Below, piece by piece: positions 1 to 12,343 of a stretch of DNA of 64,000 bases (position 1 is its first letter; every line of letters starts with the position of its first letter). The translations under genes and the position numbers were made by a program. Source of the DNA: Utricularia gibba (taxonomy: Eukaryota > Plantae > Magnoliophyta); contig NEEC01000012.1 of the NCBI GenBank assembly GCA_002189035.1, positions 3,100,001-3,164,000 on the forward strand, written 5' to 3'. A model generated the notes under the pieces. The model ran no database searches. It was not told where the DNA came from and saw only the letters and a program-made list of their open reading frames with translations.

Positions 1-378
1 TCTGCCAGTGAAGCTACTGGCGTAACCCCAAGGGTCACCGATTTTCCGCTCCGCCGCTCGCTTCCGATCAAGCGGCAGCCCGAAAAAGAACTCCATGTAA
101 CTATGGGCCTCAGCGATGAGGCGTGGATCAACACCATGGTTCACCACGCTAAAGATACCATTTTTCCGGCACGAGTCTCTGACGAGGTTCGCTGCTTCCA
201 CCGTGGCCTCATGGTTTCCGGTGAGGAACCCCGATAAATCGATGTAGGGGATGTGGAGCTCCGGTGGGTCGGCGTCTGGCTTCTCATCAGTAGGCCAGAT
301 GAATTGGGAGGGCAAAGTGGCTGCATTCTGAAGGACAGAGGCGTCGAAGACGATCGGAATCTGGTACAGTTTCCCCAT
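1..378 (-). CDS. GA20ox: Gibberellin 20-oxidase, exon 1 (runs off the window's left edge)
   Basis: Not in the ORF track. Manual translation from ATG 378: MGKLYQIPIVFDASVLQNAATLPSQFIWPTDEKP...IPYIDLSGFL...VVNHGVD...GYASSFTGR. QFIWP and YASSFTGR are GA20ox hallmarks. Confidence 0.93.
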   Translation of the reverse strand, partial: MGKLYQIPIVFDASVLQNAATLPSQFIWPTDEKPDADPPELHIPYIDLSGFLTGNHEATVEAANLVRDSCRKNGIFSVVNHGVDPRLIAEAHSYMEFFFGLPLDRKRAAERKIGDPWGYASSFTGR

Positions 379-930
379 TACTGAGTGAATGCTGAAGGAG
401 ACTGAGGATGAGGAGTTCCACAAGACCAAGAATCATGGTATTAAGAAGTGATTCCTCAGGAACCAGACAAGAGACTTCAAGTGGAAGGGTTGGTCGAGAG
501 TGGAGATGAGGAAGACGCCAAGGGCAAGCCAGTGGCCAAGGCATCTTCATAATAAACAACATGCCGTGTCTTTTAAATGGGTTCAATCAGACCAAAAAAT
601 CTGTTTCGGATTGGGAATGGGATGAGATATGTTGGATATTGTGGCACTCTTGTCTCCAAAAGTCTGTGCAATTTGTTGGTTAATTGCACGTAAACCCCAG
701 ATTAACCAAGGACAAGGGTATCACAGCACCACTGTTACCAGTGTCACTAGAGGCTCCTTCCTGTCTGAAGCTGCATGGCCATGACATGACACTCAGAGGC
801 CATGTGACTCTTCTGGGACAAATGCCATGCGAATCATGAACTTGTGCCGTTCAGAAGGAATCCTCCCTGTAGTGAGTTCTTGGGATACTTGATGCCTAAA
901 GATTATCATCCACCATTCCAGAAGACATTG

Positions 931-1272
931 CTATAAGGAGGCTCTCTCATGTTTAAGTGCTGCTATTATTGGATATGATCCTTGGCTTTGCGGGTGACTG
1001 TTGTTTCGAGTTTCTGCCATGTTAGTGGGTCTGGAGAAACTGCGACTGCGTAGACGAACGGGAGGACTAGCTTGGCTGCGTTCTCCAAGACATGGTGACA
1101 TACATTTTGACCTATCTGGGGTGGCTACCGTTGTTGTTTGAACTGCCGTTTCAAGGCCAGAGGAACGCACGAAGCCCCCTGTTGGAAGAATGGAATCCAG
1201 GAGTTGCCAATGAATCCATGCCGGTGAAGAAGACTTCGGTTTCTCGTGTTTGATTTCGTTTACATCCTCCAT
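931..1272 (-). pseudogene. UreF: Urease accessory protein F pseudogene
   Basis: WQLLDSILPTGGF..S.GLE.A.Q is the plant UreF N-terminal motif. The next block, HVLENAAKLVLPFVYAVAVSPDPLTWQKL, is in another frame. SQGSYPIIAA returns to the first frame and is followed by a stop; the C-terminal half is not recognisable. Confidence 0.85.
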
Positions 1273-2019
1273 TTTTTAACTTCAGCCGATCTCTCAACCA
1301 TGACGTAAAGCATAAAAAACGATTCTTGGACTTCAACCAATCTACCAGGCCGGAAAAGACCATACCCCAGATCCCTGAATTAGTGCTGATCAACATTAAA
1401 TTCTCAGTCTTCTCCATGATGGGTTCGGGAATCCTCAAGAACTAGGGATTTGGAGGATTGGGATTTCCTGGAGAATTACGCAGAACGCTGAACGGCAAGG
1501 AATGGAAGGTAGAGCTGAAAATGATAATGTGGATAAAGCATTTCCCTTTTAACTTTCAACATTTGTTTGCGTGATGCATTCACTTCGATCCCTTAATCTG
1601 TAGTAGTAAACGAAAAGAGTAGATGTACGTTAACTGTTCGACGAAAAGCCTGTCAGAGATACGACTGCTTGTGCTGCTATCTCGTATCAGTCTGTGACTT
1701 GATCAAGAACCTTTCGTTTTACTTGATAATTTTCTGTGATTGGCACTGTATGATATTTACTTTTGAGCCTTGTATTATTATAAATCAAGGGCCTCCATCA
1801 GGTAGCTAGGTCGCCTTGAATCAAAAGAAATACTAGCTTGCTCATTGACCTGTGGTTCATTACTGTCTCCTATCCAAGGGAAAATGATACCTGGGATGGA
1901 TGGAATGTTACTTGTATATTCTTTCTAAGATCCCTCATCCATAGTAGCTGTTGGAACATAAGCTTGCTATAGCTTTCCCATTGCCACTGCATGAGAAGTT
2001 CTTTCACCACAGTAAGCTG

Positions 2020-2120
2020 AACCACTCACAGGGCAACTCTCCTTTGGCATGCCATGGGAACCCTCCTCTGCATCCTGGCCGCCGGCCACATGCCAAAAGA
2101 GAGGAGCCCTATGAAGGGTT
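2020..2120 (-). ncRNA. MIR399: MIR399 precursor; mature miR399 at 2029-2049, star arm about 2089-2109
   Basis: Reverse complement of 2029-2049 is UGCCAAAGGAGAGUUGCCCUG, the canonical miR399b/c-type sequence. It sits on the 3' arm and pairs with the 5' arm GGGCUCCUCUCUUUUGGCAUG across a loop of about 40 nt. Confidence 0.93.
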
Positions 2121-2220
2121 TTCTTATCAATGTTCGCTTCCCTGTTTTCTCTGGGGAAACTGGATTGCGGTTTGAGTCCTTATATTGGCTTCCCACGCTG
2201 GAATAATTGATTGAAAAGTG

Positions 2221-2228
2221 GGATATCC
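2221..2228. promoter_or_regulatory. P1BS (PHR1-binding site) upstream of MIR399
   Basis: GGATATCC matches GNATATNC, about 100 bp 5' of the hairpin with a TATA-like TATAAG near 2181-2186. A second match, GTATATTC, lies at 1914-1921. Confidence 0.65.
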
Positions 2229-3394
2229 TTCAAGGGTTATGCTGTGGAATAAACCATCTTGACACCCTTGTCTGTGTCATGACATGCATTGCCCCTCTCT
2301 CATACCAGATTCTTCTACTGTTGTTGCCCATATCCTCTTTGATTGATGGCAAAAGCAATGAAAAGCATTTTCATGGACGTGGGTAGCTAACATCCTTTTT
2401 CTTTCTCTCTTTCTCGAGGTTTCCAGAGACATCTTGCATCAGAAGATCGCAACACCTCCCCCCTTCTTCAGTGATCATCATAGCAGAGGTCTTATGAAGA
2501 GCAGATGCAACAGAAATCCTCATGGTACGATCCTGCTATCTATCATCTTCTGTTGTCTTTGAATAGGAAAAGTGGCAGGAGTGAGCATTTATCAGTTGCA
2601 GATTGTTTCGGAAGTCCACTCTCTATCCTATATATCTTAGTTTCCTGTTCGTCCAGGCCTCATCCTTCCTCTGAGCAGTGAAGATACCCTCCATAGAATC
2701 TGAACCTCGGGTTCTTCTGTAAACAGAAAATTGGTCTAAACACATCAACAAAACATATGGTTCGAATGGTGGAAAACCGCTCATTATTACTAGCCTGATG
2801 TGGGATACAATGCTGAGTGACAGTTAATAAACTGTCAGGCAGGGGGCCTCGCCCATTACAACCGAAATGCGGTTGGCAGTTCATAACGGCATGGAGGACT
2901 GGTGGCCCAATATTTGAAAGACTCACTAGAAACTGTAAGAAAATTTCCTGATCTTTAAGAAAACAAAGTACAGATACGAACACCTTTTGGGATGGCAAGA
3001 TGGAGTTAGTGCAAATTTCATTTAAAGATATTCTGAGACATTAAACTAGACTCACATGAGGCTGTGCTATATGTGAAGGATGAGAAAAAGCCATGTTTCG
3101 GGGGAAGAAGAAGCTACAGCAGGAGGAAAGTAAATTACTTCATAGTCCCTATAGCTATCTACACATCGCATGCTTTGCTGAAGATTAAAACAAGGAGAGA
3201 GCAGTTCTAGAAAGCAACACCTATCTAGAAGGACGCTAAAGTAATCCTATGCAAAACCGAGTACGGATCCAAATACCAATACCGCTTTATTTATTTATTT
3301 TTTGATCAGGTGGGCCCAATTGACTGGGACCCCACCACCGCCGTCCACCGGTCATACATGCCGCCTGAAAGAACATCCACCGGGAAAGCTGTTT

Positions 3395-4453
3395 TTAGGC
3401 CGTCCGATTCCTCGAATTGCAACGATTTAGCCATCGGGAATCCATCTGATTTGACGCGGGCTCCTGGCAGTACATCTTTAGGTTATCGTCGGCTTCGTTA
3501 TCCGGCGGGCTGCGATGGATTTCCCTGCCGCGCTTAGCGCCGATGTGCACTCCGAACAATGTCGCGTATATTTGTTCGGGCGGAGTTGGGGGATTGTCGT
3601 CTTCCCCGCCGTTCTCCACCGCGGTTTCCATTTCTGAGCAGAAACTTGTCATTGGGAGGAGATCTAACGGCTTCACCGCATTCTCCGATGAGTATAATAA
3701 GTTGGAGTCGCCGTTCGATTTCTGGTCGCTTCCGTAGCTGGACATCAGAACGTATATATTGTTGCATAGGCTCTTCATTTGATTCAATTCCTTGTTCAGC
3801 TGCACGTTTTCCTTTCTCAATCGTTCGTTTTCTCCCATTAGGTCCATGCTCCTAGTGCCGCCGAACTCACGGACCGGAGGCGGAGGAGAGCTGTTGGAAA
3901 AGTGCACTAGTTCCTCCCCGGAGTCACATGGCGACATCGTCCGTGGCGGCGCTGCCGTCATTGGATGGAACATCGCCTCTGTCAAAGGTAGCGTCGGCGT
4001 CGCCGCTATTTTCCGTCGCTGTATGTCGCAAAGACGCTTCTTCTCCCTCTTCTGAAGCAATCATTCGAGAATTCCCACCGATCAGGCACAACTTTCCGAA
4101 ATCCCTACAATCTCATAAAAAAAACAGCTCAAATCAACCACCGCAACCACAAAATCGAACTTCTAATCATATAAATCCTCCAGAAACAGGGAACTTACAT
4201 ACGTGTTCAGCTGTCGAACAAAACTGGAGAAATTGTTATGCTTGAAATATTTAGGCAACAAATCTCTAGCAAATTCCGTCGGATTCCAAACTATGAAAGT
4301 AGATCCATCATCATTCCAAGAAATAACCTCATCGATGCTATGGTCATCCACAAGCTGGAAAGTTTTCGTCAAGAACGGCGTCGGCAGAGACCTCGCTCCA
4401 TCCGCCGCCGGTGGCTCACCTCCTCCACCCCGATCCACAGTCAGAGGAGCCAT
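3395..4453 (-). CDS. HSFB2: Class B heat shock transcription factor (HsfB2-like); 2 exons (4453-4199, 4104-3395); 1-nt frameshift at about 4045-4047
   Basis: DNA-binding domain PFLTKT...[11 protein letters not shown]|[17 protein letters not shown] with the conserved intron, HR-A/B coiled coil, and class B repressor motif LFGV. The exon 2 start and the downstream ORF differ by one frame. Confidence 0.92.
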
Positions 4454-4552
4454 GTCGATTCCCCGTCCACTCTAGAAACTCATCGGAATCTTCATTTAGG
4501 CATCAAACCACGAGCAATCGAAGCAATAAAAGAAAAAAAACGAAGCTTATCC

Positions 4553-4642
4553 TCACCGCGTACAGATCCAATCGCAGCAGACGCAAATGGCGATTCTAGA
4601 AGGTTCAACTGGAGAAGAAGAGAGCGGAACACGGAAACGCAT
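4553..4642 (-). CDS. Upstream ORF (29 aa) in the HsfB 5' leader
   Basis: MRFRVPLSSSPVEPSRIAICVCCDWICTR*. CCDW resembles the CxDW core of conserved HsfB uORF peptides (from memory). Confidence 0.5.
   Translation of the reverse strand: MRFRVPLSSSPVEPSRIAICVCCDWICTR
4593..4607. promoter_or_regulatory. Perfect three-box heat shock element
   Basis: aTTCtaGAAggTTCa matches nTTCnnGAAnnTTCn, 140 bp upstream of the HsfB ATG. Confidence 0.65.
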
Positions 4643-5341
4643 TAATCATTGGGATAAGGACGAGAAAAGATTTGCGGGGAGGGGAAACAAAAGTGCCAAA
4701 GGCGAGGAAGAAACGAGAAGATTCGGTGAGTCAACTGACGTGGCAATCTCTGATTGGACAGAGAGGGTCAATACAAATTTCTTGGGTCGGTGGTCACATC
4801 CTTCCGCTAGTTAATGTCCTTTAAATAGGATTAATGCGTTAATTAAGTTCGCTTTGCAGGAGAGAGGAAATATCTCAGTAGAAGTCTGGATATTTCACCC
4901 GGGCCGTCCAGAAGATATTTTTAACTTTAAATATTACTTTTTATTATTCTAAACTACCCTTTACTCATTATAGTTATTTAATAACAGAATTATTAAATAA
5001 CTATAAATAAAGGCGAGAGATTCCCATTCCCATGCACTTTGAAGCATGTTTTAAAATAAAAAAATATTTCGATCACCGCACATTTGTCCGGATATTATAC
5101 TCTTTAATATTGTCCGGATTTTATCTTATTCACAACATTCATACAAAATTAATTAAAGATAATTTATCGTTATTTAAAGATGATTTTAATTATACTTTAA
5201 TAAATCATTTTTTAGAAACAAAAAAAAACAAAATTTTGTGTGAGCAATGTGTGTAAATTTGACAATTTAGAACATTGGTTTGAAATTTATAAGCCCAGAT
5301 TCATGGATCTGGTTTCGTCATTGAAGGTACAGATTCCTTCG

Positions 5342-6249
5342 TTAGGTTGCTTCTGGGTGTTGTGTATCGTCTTGCTGGACAGCATCAACTGGTATGGGAG
5401 CCGATTTGGGCTTGACGGTGCCAACTTTAGCGTACTTGCTCATGAATTTGTATTCCCAGTCTTGTAAAGCTTCCAGCTCGAATATGCCGAGGCCTGAGAG
5501 GTCACCGTTGAGATCTTTCTCTGCAAATGACATCTTGGCCAGCGCCCGGCTCGCGTCCTTGCCGGCGAACAACGCGTACGGTCCTCCGGGCCCGTAGAAG
5601 ATCCTGAGATGGGAGAAAAATAAGCTTAACAGGAGCAGGAATGATTTTTAGGAACACCTCTGCGGCGTGTGCAACACACATTTTCTTGAAGGAGATTCAT
5701 TTGCAGAAACTGAAGAGATGGTTCCGGAGCCCCTTTCCATTTAGACAATGATGAAGGATGTGGGGAAAGCCCCTTTTCATTTAAAGGCAAAAGAAGGATA
5801 GACATGATGAAGCATTGCAAAATCAACCCAAAAAGCAGCATTCTCTGAGTGAACAGAAAAGGGAAAGCGAAGAAGAGACAGCATTAGCAGGAGAGTGAAA
5901 CAGAAAAAAAAAAAAAAAAAAAATTGCACCTGCTCTGGGTAACATCGTAGATCTGAGACTTAATCGCCATGAGCAGAGGCTTATTGGGATCGGATCCATC
6001 ATAAAGCTTCAATTCATCCTCGTCTATTTCACCAACCTGGACCGGCGGAGGCAGCGGCTGCCTCTGGTCATCATCAGAGAGCTTGAATCCATGGGGACCC
6101 ATTTCGACTTCCTCCCGAGACGTAAGAAGATAACTAGACAAGTAGTAAAGAGCAAGTCCCACGGCGACCGCCGTGAAGAACGCAACTGGGGAAAGCCCCG
6201 TGTACGCTCCAATTGCTTCTTTCAACGTTTCCCACAAATCAAGAATCAT
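5342..6249 (-). CDS. MSBP: Membrane steroid-binding protein (cytochrome b5-like, MAPR family); exons 6249-5930 and 5603-5342
   Basis: N-terminal TM helix, then YDGSDPNKPLLMAIKSQIYDVTQSR|IFYGPGGPYALFAGKDASRALAKMSF...WEYKFMSKY across a GT-AG intron. Confidence 0.93.
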
Positions 6250-6438
6250 TTTTGACGGGAGCGGAGCAAGGAGATGCGTCGTTGCGAAGTTGTGGTTGCA
6301 GTTGCAGTATCCTTGAGCGCAGGCCGGTGGCTGCTGTATCTATTGTATTTTCCAAGTAGAAAAACATACCACGAGACCCACGCGACTTGTCTTTTTGAAT
6401 ATGATAATAAGTGGAAGTTTTCTCAAGCTTTTGCAGAG

Positions 6439-9400
6439 TTACTGTTTGGATAAAAGACCATCTGACAAATCTTTGGCAAGCTTTAAGCAGTGGAGCCTCT
6501 CTGCATCATCTACTCCTTCACTGAGGGCTGCATTGAGGTGAAGGAAGATCTCTCTATAAGCTTTCTCCACCTCTTCAATGTCTTCAAATGATGCCGCGGT
6601 GGAATGGAGGGTACCCGCCTCCATGTTAGACGCCATTGTTAGCAGCTTGCTTTTCTTTCTATTCTGCACTTCCGTCTCCATCTGCGTAGACATTTGGATG
6701 GCCCGTTCAACGCACGAGGAAGGCAACTGCACAAGCATAAAGGTTGGTTATCGTGGTAAGAATGATATACAGTTCTATATGCTGTATGCATCACTTACTT
6801 CTGCAAGTTGGGCAACCTTGAAGGCAAAACTTTTCTTTGAAACTCCAGGCACAAGTTTGTAGAGATATGTGACATCTTCAGTATTCACAGTGTTCGGCAT
6901 GTCTTGGAAAGAATCGGATTCCAGAGTGGCTGTTTGTGGGAGTGGTGCCAAGAAGGAGACACAGAATGCCCCAACTCTACCAGGGAAGTCATTTCTGATG
7001 CTGAGGATTTCAGGGTAGTGAGTAACGAAGAGCACCATGCATCGTTTATGTTCCAGAAGATGATGCAGGGTGGCATAAGCAATGGCTACACCGTCATGTG
7101 TGCTGGTGCCTCTCCCGAGCTCGTCAATTATGACCAAAGACCGGGATGTGGAATGCTTCAGAATTTCAGATGTCTCACTCATCTCTTCCAGGAAAGTGCT
7201 CCTGCCAAGATGAATGTTGTCTGAAGCTCCCATTCTGGTGTAGATTCCATCAACCACGTGAAGCTTAGCAGAGGATGCAGGAACAAAGCTACCCATCTGA
7301 GGAATGGAGAGATGTACAGCATCATATTGAAGCCCGGATGCCGAATGCACATGGGGAAGTAGTTCTTGAGAGTAGGATCTGAGAATGTAGTACCTGAGCC
7401 ATGAGAGTTATAAGAGCAACTTGGCGAATGTAGCAGCTCTTACCGCCCATGTTTGGGCCAGTAATCACTTGACAGTGTTGCTGATCTCCATGTAAATTTG
7501 TATCATTTGGGACAAAGTTGTGCTGCAGCAAATCCTCCATAACCTGGGATATCAGCATCTATTAACCATGCAGCAGTACACTGAAACTTCTGGAAGAAAC
7601 AAAATGAGTAAAAACATACAGGATGTCGACCGGCATGGATAACTATCTGAACTGGCTCATCATCAGGGACAAAGACAGGGAGAACATAATGCTGTGAGGA
7701 GAAGAAGACCCATACTCAGGATTTGTGATGGTATCCAGTGAAAGAAGGGAAATAAAGACCACAAATGAACCTTGTTCCTTGAGAGCACTGCAAGTGAATG
7801 CAGGCAATCTAACGTTGCTAAGGCTTGGACAGCAGCCTGAAACTCAGAATAAAAGCCACAAAATGTCTTTAAAAAAGTGTCCCACGCAGCTTGACAGACA
7901 ACAGAAAGCTCTGCATTTGCTAAAGCCAGCAGATCCAGAGCTTTCAACACTTCAGGTGGATGATATCTAATTGCTTTCATTGTGCTGTTTACTTTGATCC
8001 AGTCTGAAGGTACCTTTGCATCTAAGGGTAGCTGCATAGAAATTTAGAAAAGACTTGATGCACCAAGTGCCAACATTCACTAAAATTGCAAACACCCTAC
8101 TCTGAATTTGGTAAAAAAAACCAGAGGACAAAAATGAGAGAAGCCAATTTTTTCTTGAAGTTTTTTTGGAAAGAGAATTACCTCTATTAAGTGAGTAACT
8201 CCAGATACAGTTGAAAATTCTAGACGGTGCATTCGAAGCTGTTTCCTAAGGCGAGGAAGTAACTCGTCTAAAACTTTGCTTGCTGAGTCAACTTTGATCC
8301 TTGCTGAGGCAACCTGCAGATGAAACAATCCAATTATGACCAAAAGATGAAATTTTTCGACAAGGTTAAACTTTAAAAAATCCTGTTTCTAACCTCTTCA
8401 AAGTTTCCATCAGAAACAACAAAGAGATTGTTTAGATCTTGTTTTTCAGCAGCTTCAATGTTGAGCTTGGATAGAAGACTTGTTGCAGCATCAATAATGC
8501 TAGGTGAAGAGGCTGTTAAAAGCAACTTCCGCAACAAAAGGGAGTGCACTCTTTTGACTTGAGAATCCTTATTTTCATTCTCAAACTTACAAAGTTTTTC
8601 TAACTGTCGTCCGGCAACTAAGACAGATTGGATAGCTGAAACAAACTGCAAAACATTGGTCATAGATTCTGGCATGGAATAAAACATTGCTAAGTATTGG
8701 AAGCCTAGAAATATCAGCTACCTCTTTAGTAGTGGCTGTCCCGTGGAAAATTCTGGAAATCCCACGCTGAATATCAGATGTTTTTCCCAAAGTAGTCAGC
8801 ACATCAGATAAAACATTATGAATTTCTCGGTTCCTTATACTGGTATCTGAGCCTGCATCACTTGGAGGGATCACGGAGGACGTTGAACAGCCCATGCCAT
8901 CCAATAGTTCAGAAACAGCATGTAAACGAGCGCATATCATGTTTCTATCACATAAAGGATGTGTTATCTGTAAAATAAATGAGCAAAATTATGGACTACG
9001 AAACCAATATGTTGCATTGGGAAGAGGGGTGGGGAAGCCAATTCTTACAACTAGAATTTAGTCAGTCATACTCCTACCCAGTGTCGAAATAGCCTTGCAC
9101 CAAACACAGTAAGTGTATGGTCCATGCACTTCAGCAAGGATCCCCCATCCGAGCCATCCAAATTATTTTTCAGTACCTAATATTCCAGGCAACAGCTCGT
9201 GAGCATGTAGTCTAAAAGAGTGAATGGAAGCATAACCTGCATAATAGTTTTCAAGAGAACCTCCAATTGCTGCAATGCATTAGCTGAAAGACTCATCTCT
9301 GTGATGCCAGAGAATGGTCTGAATGAGGCTCCCAGACAAAGGATTTTTTGAAGTCCAAATTGCAGTAGATGGCGAGTGATAAAAGCTAACGTTTGCACAA

Positions 9401-10841
9401 CCAAGTCGGGCAGGGCCATGATAACCTTCAAATTTAGGAAAAATTAAATGTGCAAAGATGAACATGATGTAGAATAATAAAGTTCATTTGATACCTCTAC
9501 ACCAGTTCGACTTTCGCCACGAATCTCAGCTTCTGCACCCTGTTGCAAATGGGAATTTACAAAGATAGTTTTTTCTATGCTCTCATACTGAGAGATGACT
9601 TCAGCTAAAGCACCACCATACTTGAAGCAATCTATTGAAGCATGCTCAACTCGAACATTGGATGCAGGGCCAGCATATGCCAATAACACCTGACAAGGAT
9701 GAAGAGGAAACAGGGCAAGTCAGATAGAGAACATGATCATTAATAAAACAATGCAAGCTGGCCATCCTGATAAGTCAATGGAATAAGCATTTTCAGGATA
9801 AATAATGGGGTGTCAACAAAGGAAACTGTATCCAAATGCTCGAGAATCAATAGAAGAAACTTCAGTACGATGAGTTTCATCTTAAAAAAGTTGAAGATCT
9901 AATAATACCTTCTTGGTCTGCCTTGATAGGGGTTCAACAAGAAGTAGTTCGACTGGAGAAAAGCTCATAAGCATCGCCTCCAGTCTACATCTCAAAAAGT
10001 TATCATCAAACTCATCGTAAGCAATATCACCAGCTGAAATGTCAACTGCAACAGCCCCTATCCTCACATCATTTCCATCCTCAATACTCTCAATATCCCT
10101 CTCCACAAGACAAAACATATAGTTACGGCATGCTCCAAGTTGCTCCTCCGCTCCACCCAAATCCTCTGCAGCCCCCAAAGTTCCCTTGGTGTACAATGCC
10201 GACAAACCACGACAAAAGGGGCCTGATTTATTCATTCCGTGAGCCTTAATTGCAGCTGTCTCAGTTTGTTTCACTAAACCAACTTTATAACCAGCATTAA
10301 CAAGCCTCCTCACATGAACATTCAACCTGAAAGTCGGTATACTGGCAGTAAGGAAATTGTGATTCATATGTGCATATATTCCCAACACTTCAGCAGCAAT
10401 TTCAGCATCATGCCCAAAGAATCTATACTTATAACCAACCTCAATCATCAAAAGAACGTCAGGGTATCTCTGTTTCAGTTCAACCACTTGTTTTTCTAAA
10501 GGTGTGTACTTGCGTTTTGGGAAGGATTCACTGATGTGACAATCCTCTAATCTATCTTCAGAAGATCCTATTAACTTATCAAGGAATTTCTTGTGCAGAG
10601 TTGGCTCGGGTAAAGGAATGAAAGATTGACCTGGCGATTGCGAAGATTCGTCGGTGTGTTTAAGGATGCTGGACCTGAGCTCGCTAGTCCGCAATCGTTT
10701 AACTGGAGAAAAAGTCACGGTGGCGGCAATATTGGGTGGAGGCGTCTGGGGTTGGGGAATTTCCGCGGGAGTAGCGGCGACAGAGGGATTCGATCTTGGA
10801 GCAAAGAAGCGAGAAATAACCTGCTGCTTCTGCTTCCCCAT
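6439..10841 (-). CDS. MSH3: DNA mismatch repair protein MSH3, multi-exon, apparently intact
   Basis: [13 protein letters not shown] start; domain [13 protein letters not shown]...[10 protein letters not shown]; Walker [14 protein letters not shown]; Walker [17 protein letters not shown]; FVTHY. The exons traced join in frame with GT-AG sites. Confidence 0.96.
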
Positions 10842-11026
10842 TTCCAGTATGCAAAGTGATGGTCATACGCGGCGGCGTAGCTTTCACGGCCGTTACCTCC
10901 GGTGGTTCAAGGCGTTCGTAAAAACCGAGCCTTCACCTCTGGAAAGTTCTTCTAGTCTGGTATCCAAAAGATTTTGTTTTTCTTTTCCCTTCGCGCTCAA
11001 ACCCAAAGAAAACTTCCCCTACCCCT

Positions 11027-12343
11027 TGTAACGACCCGAGAAGGGGGCCTAGGAGCCATGGTCGTTACCCCACCCAGAAACGTGGCCTGTCTCCTGGGTG
11101 GCTTTGGTTTGATTCGTTCAACCCACATGAACACGAGATTACCGGGGAATATCTTATTCATAAATACAGCAAAGAGGGTCCAACATAATCCACGAAATCA
11201 CATCATGAACATAAAGGAAAAGCACGAGCACAACAGCTGCTTCTATTCCCCAGGCTCTCCGGTCCTCCGAGTTCACTCCGTCAGCCCCTCCGCCTCTCCG
11301 CCAGTCTCCGCACGACCAGAACCTTCACCTACACATAAGTTCGTAAGGGGATCAACCTATGCATAGGGTAGACCACACTACCAACCATAAACACATCAGC
11401 TTAAGCATGGCACATATCATCGTAAGCATATCATCAGCACATATCATCGTAAGCATATCATCAGCACATATCATCGTAAGCATATCATCAGCACATATAT
11501 CATAAGAGACCCATTGGTCACAAGGGGCGTGCATCCCGTGATGGCACATCACGTTACCGTCGGGAGGGACACCAGCCACGGTAATCCGTCCCAACCCCGC
11601 TCCCTTTGGAGCTCACGGCGATATCTACCCCCAAACTCACGTTGGGTTGCCGTCGGAGATACCTCGGCGAAGGGTCCGACCCCGCCCCTTCGGGCTCATC
11701 AACTTACGGCCCTTCGGCCCTTATTCGTACTTTCCGGCTCATGCTTCCCCTTACCTTCGTGTGGCTCCTTCCCCTTCTGCCAAATCGTGACCTTCTCCTT
11801 CCATATCTCGGCATGGTGGCGCTCCTTCTCTGATTTCGAATGCCAAACCCGCCACCATGCCAAGCCCTTATATCCTACCTCCTGACTGTTGGGTTTCTGA
11901 GCCCTTTCCTCTTCCAACCCTTCACCTTTCGGCCCAGTATATGAAAGGTCGGCCCTCTTACACTTCTTAGGCCCTTGGGCTCTTCTCCAACACCTCATTG
12001 GGCCAATCCACACTAGCCATGTCTCACCTAACACTTGGGCTCGCGACCACTCTCCGCCCAGCATCCAGCGCGTCACTCACCATCCCTTGGGCACGCATGC
12101 TTGCTCGATCGCATAGAGTCCCGTAGCTCAAGTGGGTCTCTCCCACGAGCACCCTTGGGGATCACCCAAGAGTTCGGTACACCTCTAACAAGAGTTGCAC
12201 GCCGTGTTCGGATCAGACCGATTCGTTGCGCGCGGACCGCCAGGCAGAGGGGTTCCTCGTAGCCACTCTATGCACGTTCCCTTAGCTCCTTCACATGCTG
12301 TATCACCATCGAAACGCAACATACTTCTACCCGGGTTATGACA
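11027..12343 (-). repeat. 3' LTR of copy 1 (1317 bp, three 27-bp VNTR units)
   Basis: TGTAACGACCCG...GTTATGACA; direct repeat of 16817-18106. Confidence 0.95.

Noticed and set aside
141-586. ORFs 141-326 and 287-586
   Set aside because: Off-frame overlaps of GA20ox exon 1 and its upstream region.
1951-2175. 74-aa plus-strand ORF
   Set aside because: Antisense to the MIR399 hairpin; no protein features.
2640-3050. Coding-like stretch and 112-aa minus ORF between MIR399 and HsfB
   Set aside because: No recognisable motif in any frame.
11412-11500. Short direct repeats resembling a CRISPR array
   Set aside because: Head-to-tail with no spacers, inside a plant LTR, and no cas genes.
10974-12262. 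Recurrent 60-130 aa ORFs in all four LTRs, including ICADDMLTM repeats
   Set aside because: Chance frames in GC-rich LTR sequence; the peptide repeat is the 27-bp VNTR.
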